Source of the DNA: Nitrosopumilus sp.
Lineage (GTDB): Archaea > Thermoproteota > Nitrososphaeria > Nitrososphaerales > Nitrosopumilaceae
DNA length: 64,000 nucleotides
Direction: 5' to 3'
Assembly (NCBI GenBank): GCA_965203315.1
Contig: OZ241857.1
Coordinates: forward strand, 160,001 to 224,000
Below, piece after piece: positions 1 through 8,323 of the stretch. The translations under genes and the position numbers were made by a program. Numbering within the stretch: the first letter of the stretch is position 1; every line of letters begins with the position of its first letter. The notes beneath the pieces are model-generated. The model was not told the origin of the DNA, did not search any database, and was given only the letters and a program-made list of their open reading frames with translations.

Positions 1-343
1 ACGTTTGTACAACATCCTGGAATGGATCCAACAAACAACGAGACCGAGAGATATGTTCGCAAACCTGTGATCAGACGTAAAATATCACAACACATCGTAT
101 CGGAGACAGGAAGAAAGAATTGGTCTATTCTGTGGACAATCTTTCTGACGTGTCGCAAACAAGGCAAGAACATTCATGACGTATTGTTGCGAATCTTAAA
201 GAAACAAGACGTCAGTGATCTCATAAACGGCGTATAATTTTCACACCAAAACTCGATCCTAGCAGAGCATTTGCATATCTGGTATCCGACAGTGATGATT
301 CGTGGACTAATCGTATTCCTTTAAAAGGGACTTAACCGGTTAC
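1..343 (+). mobile_element. IS66-family element, 3' end (transposase C-terminus 1..237, right terminal repeat ending at 343)
   Basis: The frame is open from base 1 (TFVQHPGMDPTNNETERYVRKPVIRRKIS) and matches the IS66 TnpC PTNNxxERxxRxxVxxRK motif. The end reads GTAACCGGTTAAGTCCC on the minus strand; IS66 inverted repeats start GTAA. Confidence 0.8.
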
Positions 344-391
344 CCAAAAAGATCCGTCTAGTTTATATATCGTTCCATTCATCCATTCGTT

Positions 392-1846
392 GTGAGATTA
401 TTAGCGATTTTTACTGTAATATCTGTAATATCTGTAATTGGTTTAATAGATAATGTTCAAGCATCAGAACCTGATCTTGTTATAAAATATGTAGACTATG
501 ATGTGCATACTTGTCATACTACAGATGAAGGTTGTTTCATATATTTCCCCGAGAACGCACAAGTTAGGTTAGGCGGAACTGTGGAATTCATAAATCACGA
601 TCAACGTACTTATTGGCATGTAGTAACTACATGTCCACCACAAGATGGAAATAAACTTGGTGGAATACAAATAAAATGGTGTAGTACAAGTTCGGGTTAT
701 TTTAGCTCTCCAGAGCTTAGATTTAATGATACTTTTACATGGACAGCAGATAAAGTTGGAGTCATCAAATTTTACGATTGGATGAACAGCAACATGGAAG
801 GATCATTTACGGTCATAGATGACTCTACGCCACCAGTTACACCACCTGTAACACCAACTATAACGCCACCAAAAACAACAGATAAAGATAAGAAATGGAA
901 AGATAGAATGCAAGAATTTAAAGAAGATCTTAAAGTTGCATTTGGTACAGATAATAAAACCAAAGCACATTTGATTCAACAAGCACAAATTTGCAAGGTT
1001 AATGCTGATGAATTATCTAATTTACGAACTCTTACAACTGAACAACAAAAAAAGATAGACAAACTAGAACGAGAATCGACTGAACTCTTTGCATCCTATA
1101 ACGTAATAAGTCAAGAATATAACAAACTTCTCGATGAACTCGCTAATGCAACAAAAAAGATTGAAGAACTAGAGAGTAAAAATCTAGAGTTAGAAAATCA
1201 AAACAATCAAGAACAAAATAACGAGTCAGAAGCCCAAAGAGTTGAACCAGTCAACAATCAACAAACAAGACAAGATTCACCAACAATATCAATAACTATA
1301 CCTGATTCAATGGAATTTGATAATACGGGTAGAACGATCGATCTGTATGGTGGAATTGACAATAGACTACGAATAGACACTGCATATCAAGATGGTGGAA
1401 CCGCATATCATGTAAACGACAAAGCATACATTACAATGTTCCGCGACACATGGATTACAAATAAACAGTTTACAGCATCTGGCGGGCAGTACTGTTACGT
1501 GGGTGATCTGGCGGTTGGTCAAAATGCAGAAATTTCTAAACAACACACAAACACACTGAATATTCAATTCAGACAATCCACAGATACTGCTAGATGTGGC
1601 GGTTCACCAGATATCACACTTGATGATAAATTATCTCTTAGCAAAGAGATCTATATAAGATTTGCAGGTACTGATGGCCAAGTACCATTTTATCACACGG
1701 AGGACGGTACCATGGATATACCTAAATGTACAAATGACAATTTGGGCGCCACAAACAATCTGATAGGAGATGCTGAGATCTGTTATGGAAAGAACGGCAG
1801 TGACACAATACTGGTATCAAAGATACTTGCTGTCTTTGGTGTATGA
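392..1846 (+). CDS. Secreted protein: cupredoxin-like N-terminal domain, Pro/Thr linker, coiled coil, unknown C-terminal domain
   Basis: Signal peptide; plastocyanin-like pattern FPENAQVRLGGTVEFINHD...HVVT...FTWT...G...MEGSFTV; TPPVTPPVTPTITPP linker; heptad-rich middle; TTTATATAT box at about 362-370. Confidence 0.6.
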   Translation: MRLLAIFTVISVISVIGLIDNVQASEPDLVIKYVDYDVHTCHTTDEGCFIYFPENAQVRLGGTVEFINHDQRTYWHVVTTCPPQDGNKLGGIQIKWCSTSSGYFSSPELRFNDTFTWTADKVGVIKFYDWMNSNMEGSFTVIDDSTPPVTPPVTPTITPPKTTDKDKKWKDRMQEFKEDLKVAFGTDNKTKAHLIQQAQICKVNADELSNLRTLTTEQQKKIDKLERESTELFASYNVISQEYNKLLDELANATKKIEELESKNLELENQNNQEQNNESEAQRVEPVNNQQTRQDSPTISITIPDSMEFDNTGRTIDLYGGIDNRLRIDTAYQDGGTAYHVNDKAYITMFRDTWITNKQFTASGGQYCYVGDLAVGQNAEISKQHTNTLNIQFRQSTDTARCGGSPDITLDDKLSLSKEIYIRFAGTDGQVPFYHTEDGTMDIPKCTNDNLGATNNLIGDAEICYGKNGSDTILVSKILAVFGV

Positions 1847-2092
1847 TTTGTGTATTAAGATATCTAAACACATATTTAACAATTGATTACTGATGGTCGC
1901 ATCAATTCTTGCAAATTTGTCTAGATGGGCTTCATCATGTGATTTGGCACAAAACTATCAAATTATTTTATGGACGACTAAATATAGCAAAACCTAGGTA
2001 ATCTCTCAAAATAATCGTCGGATAGAGTCGTCTCGATATGGATAGTTTTACAACTAGTTTTTGTTTACTTTTTTATAGAAATAATCTATCTG

Positions 2093-2974
2093 ATGGTTGT
2101 GGATATACGAAATTTTGTTGCCAACAACTTTCCTGATATTGAAGTAGGTCTAGGTGGTTGTACAGCTGACAATAATCGTTTCAAGTCATGTGGATATGAT
2201 ATCACGGTATTTGATAACACATCAAAACCAGTAGAGTTGATCCATCATGATTCAAACTTTGTCGTAATTAATCATGGATCTCTCGAAGAGACAGTCTCAT
2301 CCAAACTGTTACAATATGGCTCACTCCAAGTCATTCAAGACCCCTCGTGGAATTTACACATGTTGTTGTCTAAAATTCATGCTAGACGTACTAGACTCTT
2401 TAGAGATCTCGCATTGAACAGCATCATCGAGTCCATGTTCTGCTGTCAAAAGGCAAAGTACTTTTTAGGCAACTCTGCTATCTTTGCTTCTTGTTGGCAA
2501 AAATGTGCATCGTTTTATCTAGCTGATGCTATCGTCGCACTCAATGACAAAAGACCTAGTCCATCACACATGCTCGATATACTGCGTGATCTACCAAACA
2601 CTCTTACGAATCAACATGTTGCCGTACTCTTCGAGACGATCGGAATAGAGCGCGCTACGACAGTACTACTAGAGCGAATATTCAAATCTACGATTGGATT
2701 CATCGAGATGACAAACATATATGACACATCCCTAATCAGTTCAAAGTTTGACTTTTTTATATCAAATACAATGTTTGCCAGCTGTTACTTTTATCTAGGT
2801 TATCTCAACCGTAACAATCTAGCTAATATTGGAACTGGGACCAATCCAGATCTAGATCATCTTCTCAAGACGGCATTTGATATAGATGCAGACTCGAACC
2901 AAACCATCAAAAATCTAGATGTGATTCACAACTCGTGCGTCTCTCTTCTAGAGATCTCTGACAATCTCGTCTGA
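2093..2974 (+). CDS. Conserved thaumarchaeal hypothetical protein (possible nucleotidyltransferase-like N-terminus)
   Basis: 293-aa ORF; N-terminal GLGG...YDITVFD resembles a degenerate polymerase-beta nucleotidyltransferase motif. Confidence 0.6.
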   Translation: MVVDIRNFVANNFPDIEVGLGGCTADNNRFKSCGYDITVFDNTSKPVELIHHDSNFVVINHGSLEETVSSKLLQYGSLQVIQDPSWNLHMLLSKIHARRTRLFRDLALNSIIESMFCCQKAKYFLGNSAIFASCWQKCASFYLADAIVALNDKRPSPSHMLDILRDLPNTLTNQHVAVLFETIGIERATTVLLERIFKSTIGFIEMTNIYDTSLISSKFDFFISNTMFASCYFYLGYLNRNNLANIGTGTNPDLDHLLKTAFDIDADSNQTIKNLDVIHNSCVSLLEISDNLV

Positions 2975-3014
2975 TGTTTTAAACTTTTAAAACAAGCAAA
3001 ATCTATAGTATCTT

Positions 3015-3149
3015 ATGTCAGATGCAGCATGCGGCTGTGCCGCACAAGCAGAAAACAATACAGAGTGTGATTGTCAAATGCAAGGTGAGTGCTACTGTGA
3101 CGCTACTTGCGACTGTGGGCTAGACATTTGCAAGAATACAGAGCACTAG
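3015..3149 (+). CDS. Small Cys-rich metallothionein-like peptide (44 aa)
   Basis: Manual translation MSDAACGCAAQAENNTECDCQMQGECYCDATCDCGLDICKNTEH*: 9 Cys with four CxC pairs. AT-rich TATA-like sequence upstream and T-tract downstream. Confidence 0.75.
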   Translation: MSDAACGCAAQAENNTECDCQMQGECYCDATCDCGLDICKNTEH

Positions 3150-3161
3150 ATCATCACATCC

Positions 3162-3176
3162 TCTTTTTTTCTTTTA
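3162..3176 (+). terminator. Oligo-T archaeal terminator after the Cys-rich peptide
   Basis: TCTTTTTTTCTTTT about 12 nt after the stop codon. Confidence 0.55.
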
Positions 3177-3544
3177 CTGTTGTTGACGCAACTGTTAGAT
3201 GTAATTGCATCCAATCTGTTTCGTCACACTATCTTTTCGTATTAGTTATTAATAAACTTAAAGATTTTTAATAAAAATAACTGTTAGCCTTATTAAATAA
3301 TTAATAACATTGGAGTATTTTCGGATTATGTGGGACGAAACTATGCTGAGAGACTAAAAGATTGCAATATTCGATACAATGTTATCATTAATCCTGAGCA
3401 TTTTTGAATAGTGGTGTGCAAACTAGATACCGCAAACTGAAAAGATGCATTGAGGAGAACATATCTCTAGTGTAACATGGCAGTAAATTAGATAAATGTC
3501 TTTACAAGCAATTCACATAAACATGTAATACAAAATATGATTCT

Positions 3545-3712
3545 TTAATCTTCATCTTCTTCTATGCCCCATGATTTCACCAAATCTTTTTGGAACTTGT
3601 CAGCCTGCTTTTCGTTTAAGGCAAAACCACAGTTTTTGTGAGTGGGAACAACTATCATGCCATCTAGCTTGAACTCTACTTCATACATGTGAACCTTTGA
3701 ACACTCGCACAT
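3545..3712 (-). CDS. Small hypothetical protein (55 aa), possible metal binder
   Basis: Manual translation MCECSKVHMYEVEFKLDGMIVVPTHKNCGFALNEKQADKFQKDLVKSWGIEEDED*; below the ORF-track cutoff; TATA-like element upstream. Confidence 0.7.
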   Translation of the reverse strand: MCECSKVHMYEVEFKLDGMIVVPTHKNCGFALNEKQADKFQKDLVKSWGIEEDED

Positions 3713-3791
3713 CAATGTTTATCATCATATTCCTCTATATTTGCCTATTTGAATAACCTTTAACTATCTGTCTCTGGTATCTGTATTTGAA

Positions 3792-5282
3792 TTGCAACGA
3801 GCGATCTTGTTGACTCTATTGGTGTTTGTATCTGTAGGATCCTATCTGATATCTGATGCGTATGCACAGTTTCAGTCAGGTGGAGTCAACAAAGAAGGCT
3901 CATGGTATGCAGGAGAGGGCCTAAAGCAAGGCGACTATTTTTCATATGATATGTGTCATGTAGACCATAAAGAATGTGTAGACTTTAGAATGGACTTTTG
4001 GATTAGTGGTGATGTTCAAACTGGTATCGAGAGTAAGTGGCTTGTTGAAGTTGTAGTTTATGATGGCGCTAAAACTGTAGTTGGTAATATGGAGCTTGGC
4101 AAGATTGCTCCTGAACCAACTGGCGGAAGTTCAGATATTGGTGCATATCGAGGCGCTTTCAAGTCTTCTATAGTGTGGTTATCTGCATATGCAACAGCTG
4201 ATGGTCACGGTGGTAAGGGATCAAAAAAGTTTAGTGACGTCTCGTGGGGAAAGATTGGAAACATTGGGGGCGAACAAGTCGTTCCAATGACAATTGAGAC
4301 AGTTTCTGTCCCTGCGGGAACGTTTGAAGATACTGTACAGGTAGGCTGGCGAACCGGTGGTAAAACTAGCAAGATATGGATCGTTGATGACTTTCCATTT
4401 CCTATAAAAGCAGACACATATGTTCAAGAACCTGAAGGAATACCTCCACAAGCGTACAAGTTTGAGCTACTAGAGTATCGTGAGAATGTACAGTCTAATC
4501 CCTTTGAAGGAATTCAATCTACTGCGGATATATTTGCTGATTCTGGATGTGATGTAAACTTTGAGCGAGACAATGTTATAAAAAAATCCACTGCAAACTT
4601 TAACTATCAAATTCATCTGTTTTATGGTCCTGAAGAACCAGTACAAGGATGTGAGATGCAGTGGCTCATAAAATTCATCAACAAATTTGACGATACGGAG
4701 TTTTTGAACCAAGTTCAATTTGATGTGCAAGTGTACGGTGACGATCTGAAACGTATTCGTTCTCTAGCAGCAGAGGAGGGTAGACGATTTCTCTATTCGC
4801 AATCTGGGCAGTACACTCTTGACATGACAGTCAAAGAAGCTCCCGGCGATGCACATTATGTAATTTTTGTGTACGGTACTGCTCCTGAGACTATTATTCC
4901 TACCAATGATCCTGACTATCTAGAGGTTGTGATCCCAATACGTCAAGGTACAGAGATATCTACGCCGATAACATCACTCACTCCAGCTCCATCAGAATCA
5001 GATGTGTCAAAACCAATTCCAGAATGGATCAAGAATAGCGCCGAGTTTTGGATCAATGGAGATGTAGACGACTCTACGTTCATCTCTGCTCTACAGTTTC
5101 TTATCCAACAAGGCATCATAAACGTTCCACCAACTAGTATAAACCAAGACTCTGACTCTGACGAGATTCCAGAATGGATCAAGAATAGCGCCGAGTTTTG
5201 GATCAATGGAGATGTAGACGACTCTACGTTCATCTCTGCTCTGCAGTTCTTGATAACTCAGGGAATAATAGTTGTACAATAA
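3792..5282 (+). CDS. Secreted thaumarchaeal protein with two C-terminal IPxWIKN repeats
   Basis: Signal peptide ending AYAQ; duplicated IPEWIKNSAEFWINGDVDDSTFISALQFLI motif typical of Nitrosopumilaceae exported proteins. Confidence 0.8.
   Translation: MQRAILLTLLVFVSVGSYLISDAYAQFQSGGVNKEGSWYAGEGLKQGDYFSYDMCHVDHKECVDFRMDFWISGDVQTGIESKWLVEVVVYDGAKTVVGNMELGKIAPEPTGGSSDIGAYRGAFKSSIVWLSAYATADGHGGKGSKKFSDVSWGKIGNIGGEQVVPMTIETVSVPAGTFEDTVQVGWRTGGKTSKIWIVDDFPFPIKADTYVQEPEGIPPQAYKFELLEYRENVQSNPFEGIQSTADIFADSGCDVNFERDNVIKKSTANFNYQIHLFYGPEEPVQGCEMQWLIKFINKFDDTEFLNQVQFDVQVYGDDLKRIRSLAAEEGRRFLYSQSGQYTLDMTVKEAPGDAHYVIFVYGTAPETIIPTNDPDYLEVVIPIRQGTEISTPITSLTPAPSESDVSKPIPEWIKNSAEFWINGDVDDSTFISALQFLIQQGIINVPPTSINQDSDSDEIPEWIKNSAEFWINGDVDDSTFISALQFLITQGIIVVQ
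5016..5242 (+). repeat. 77-bp perfect direct repeat (5016-5092 and 5166-5242)
   Basis: Identical ATTCCAGAATGGATCAAG...CTCTGCTCT copies 150 bp apart. Confidence 0.9.
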
Positions 5283-5297
5283 CGGGGTTTTTAGATT

Positions 5298-5648
5298 TTG
5301 CCGATTTACCCCAAGCGTAAAATTCGAGGTCTCTTAAAGAATGGAGATTATGACAAAGCATTAGAGCTTGGAAAGAGTTTAGAGTCTCGCTATGCCAAAG
5401 ATAGTGACTTTATGTTCATTATGGGTAGTGCGTACTATCTGGTTGACGAGTTTGCAAAAGCGATTGACTATTTTGAACGTAGCCTAGAACTAAACGATCG
5501 TGATCCTGACACACTATCTCTCAAGACCAACGCACATCTTGCCCTAAAGCAGAAGGATGAAGCAATCAAATGTGTGGAACTATTATTGGAGATCAATCCC
5601 AAAAATGATGAAGCGTTAGATATACTAGAACAACTTCGTAACGTCTAA
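5298..5648 (+). CDS. Tetratricopeptide repeat protein
   Basis: TPR consensus: MGSAYY...AIDYFERSLELN; EAIKCVELLLEINPKN. Confidence 0.85.
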   Translation: MPIYPKRKIRGLLKNGDYDKALELGKSLESRYAKDSDFMFIMGSAYYLVDEFAKAIDYFERSLELNDRDPDTLSLKTNAHLALKQKDEAIKCVELLLEINPKNDEALDILEQLRNV

Positions 5649-6118
5649 GACTTTATCTGGTATACTTGATCCAAGAGCCAATCACAGAATTTAGTGACAT
5701 TTACATCAAACTCTGTCCATATGTGAACAGAGTGTGGCAAGATATCTATCTTCCAGTCTTTGGTAAACACACGAACTCCTTCCTTGTTCTCATACATGTA
5801 CGCATCCTCTGTCTTTACATCTCCAAGTATCTCGACTGCCTTTTGTTTTATTATACTGCGGTCTATTGGAAATCTAGTACGTTCGTAATCGATTATCAGA
5901 CTCAGATCTCGTTTTCCGTACATCTCAAACTCTTCGATCCTTCCTTCCTTTGGAAAGTTTACGATCAGTTTGATGTTGTATCTCTTGCCTACCTCTCTCC
6001 CGATCTCTACTATTCTTGCATATCCAATACCTGGATTCTTTTGCAAAAGAAACTGAATCTGGGCAAGATCTCTCCTCAGTTGAGTTTGAAGATCCTCTAC
6101 TATCTTTGAGAACATCAT
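5645..6118 (-). CDS. Conserved hypothetical protein
   Basis: 157-aa ORF with normal globular composition; converges on the TPR gene with a 4-nt overlap. Confidence 0.75.
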   Translation of the reverse strand: MMFSKIVEDLQTQLRRDLAQIQFLLQKNPGIGYARIVEIGREVGKRYNIKLIVNFPKEGRIEEFEMYGKRDLSLIIDYERTRFPIDRSIIKQKAVEILGDVKTEDAYMYENKEGVRVFTKDWKIDILPHSVHIWTEFDVNVTKFCDWLLDQVYQIKS

Positions 6119-6317
6119 GGCTTGTTATTTTCTGGGGTACATACAATCTAAAAGTTTTGAGGTGTCCGATTAACGTTTTAAAGAATTAACAGTTTGAGAT
6201 TTGTAGATATCAGATTCAAAATTAAATGCTGTTTTGTATATTCGTAGAACAAGTGTGAACAGAATTGTCAAACACATTTGATGTGATGCAAACTAGAATG
6301 TACACACCGTACACATA

Positions 6318-6455
6318 AGACTGTATGCGTATTATTGAGTGCCCATGCACAATCATCAAACATGACAACAATGAATCAATTTGCCTCTAGAAATTACACC
6401 TGTGTTTTACTGTACCTTAAATGTGCGTATGATGTAAGAAATACGCATACAGTCT
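6318..6455. mobile_element. MITE family A, copy 1 (about 138 bp)
   Basis: 16-bp terminal inverted repeats AGACTGTATGCGTATT...AATACGCATACAGTCT; 3-bp flanking duplication ATA; homologous to 15735-15875 and 39661-39801 in the opposite orientation. Confidence 0.9.
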
Positions 6456-6492
6456 ATAGTACGAATTGTAGAAATTGTACACACCATCATAT

Positions 6493-7380
6493 TCATAGAT
6501 ATCTCTTGTTGTCTCTGATGTACTTTGATACAAACCACTTTAAGAATATCATGTCGTTGTCTTGTGCTTGCGATGCCTCTAGTTTTTTTAAATACGTCAG
6601 CTTTTCTCTTGGCAAGATGTTGATCCATGGATACTTGTTTTTGTACAATACTAGTAACATCAACAGTCTTCCAACTCGGCCGTTTCCATCAATAAACGGA
6701 TGTATCGTCTCAAACTTTTTGTGAAATAGCGCAGCTAGGATCACGGGATTTAAACTATTCTTATTTTTTTTGTACCATCTCAAGAGATCTCTGATATCGG
6801 GAATCACATCTGGCCACAATGAATACTCTGAACTACCTCCTAACGGTCCCACATCTTGGCGTCTAAAACTTCCTGCATTGTTTATGTCTGTCTTTTCAAA
6901 GAGTGTGTTGTGCCAATTGAGGATCAACTCTTTAGAGATATTTGGATTTGCAAGTAACTCGTCAAATATCTCTTCCAACTGTTCTGCTTCTATGATGTGT
7001 TCGGTTGCTGTATCCTTGGGCGACATTTTATACTCTAACAATTTTTTTGTCTGACCATGTGTCATAGTACTTCCTTCGATTCGTTGTGTGCTGTATATGT
7101 GAATGACCTTAAAGTCTCGATTCTCTGAATCAATTATTTTTGGATCTGATTTGTCTATGTATCTCGAATATCTCTCTCGAATCTCTTCTAGCAGACTAGT
7201 CTTCTCTTTGAGAAATACATCCTCTTCAAACTCTCTCTTTAACTCTTCAATGTTGTCGGGTATTCTCTTTCCCAAGTATCTCTCGTACTGTCTCGTACTC
7301 GACTTGTGAGTCAGATAATGGTATTTGTTGTTGCCCTTTCTCCGAGTTGTCACTGTTGCCATGTAGATATTACCCAGCAT
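6493..7380 (-). CDS. Fic family protein (class II, with N-terminal inhibitory helix)
   Basis: Canonical HPFIDGNGRVGR motif; TQRIEG fits the (S/T)xxxE(G/N) inhibitory motif. Confidence 0.92.
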   Translation of the reverse strand: MLGNIYMATVTTRRKGNNKYHYLTHKSSTRQYERYLGKRIPDNIEELKREFEEDVFLKEKTSLLEEIRERYSRYIDKSDPKIIDSENRDFKVIHIYSTQRIEGSTMTHGQTKKLLEYKMSPKDTATEHIIEAEQLEEIFDELLANPNISKELILNWHNTLFEKTDINNAGSFRRQDVGPLGGSSEYSLWPDVIPDIRDLLRWYKKNKNSLNPVILAALFHKKFETIHPFIDGNGRVGRLLMLLVLYKNKYPWINILPREKLTYLKKLEASQAQDNDMIFLKWFVSKYIRDNKRYL

Positions 7381-7653
7381 AAACTAATAACTTTTATTAA
7401 ATTGTAATAAAACGCTGGGTAATTGCTATTGGGCAACATAGATACTGTATCAAATAGGCACAGGTGACAAAACGTATCGCTCTTGTCCTAGATTGCAGGT
7501 CAAACATGAGTTTGTACTTGTTTAGGATGCTATACACGGTACAAGATTTGAGACGAATCCGTTTGTGATATTTGCTACTCTGCAAGTGTATTGATGGACT
7601 CGACTATTCTCGTTTACAGATCCAGAGAACAGTTTTTTAGAACTAGCTTGTGA

Positions 7654-8310
7654 ATGTTATCTATGACGATGCCGATGGATTATGATGGGTTACGTACAGA
7701 CGACGCGTCAGAGAGAACCGACAACGTTGACGAGTACAAGCGTACCTGTATAGACTTTATCAAAGATATCTCTCATGACTATGAGGCATGGGTGGACTAT
7801 TACAAATTACCTGGTGATGAGGATGAGCGAAGACGTGCAGGCATATGCGCTACAGTCACTAGAACCAATGAATGGATCGCCAAAGTTGCCCAATCTATCA
7901 AAGCAGTAGATGTGATAATGAATGATGGAATAAACAAGATGGCCGAATCGACAGCTGGCAAGCCATTTGAGTTTGGCGTATTTGTAAACAAGATGTCAAG
8001 CTATGTTGAAGCAAGATCCGGTACAATTCCCATCAATGTAAAGGCAGTTGGTAGAAAGGATCGAAAGACAAAGTTGGGTTACCATTTCAAAGATGATCGT
8101 TTTCGTATAGAGTCTACATGTAACGCATCTCTGATTCAAACACACATTCCAGATACTGTCTTTGATCTGATGGATATCCATATAGATCTCGATGCAGTAA
8201 CTGCACAACAACGTGACGTCATATCGTTTACCGTTACAGTTGCAGAGATGGACTCATCTGGAACAGAGATGGATAGGCGTGGACTAAGTACTATTGTCCA
8301 CATTGTATGA
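7654..8310 (+). CDS. Hypothetical protein
   Basis: 218-aa ORF with no recognised motif. Confidence 0.65.
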   Translation: MLSMTMPMDYDGLRTDDASERTDNVDEYKRTCIDFIKDISHDYEAWVDYYKLPGDEDERRRAGICATVTRTNEWIAKVAQSIKAVDVIMNDGINKMAESTAGKPFEFGVFVNKMSSYVEARSGTIPINVKAVGRKDRKTKLGYHFKDDRFRIESTCNASLIQTHIPDTVFDLMDIHIDLDAVTAQQRDVISFTVTVAEMDSSGTEMDRRGLSTIVHIV

Positions 8311-8323
8311 TTGTAGTTTATCA

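Noticed and set aside
6335-6724. Short ORFs overlapping MITE copies (also 10959-11233, 15604-15810, 34060-34254, 43964-44164)
   Set aside because: Translations of non-coding repeats or antisense to real genes.
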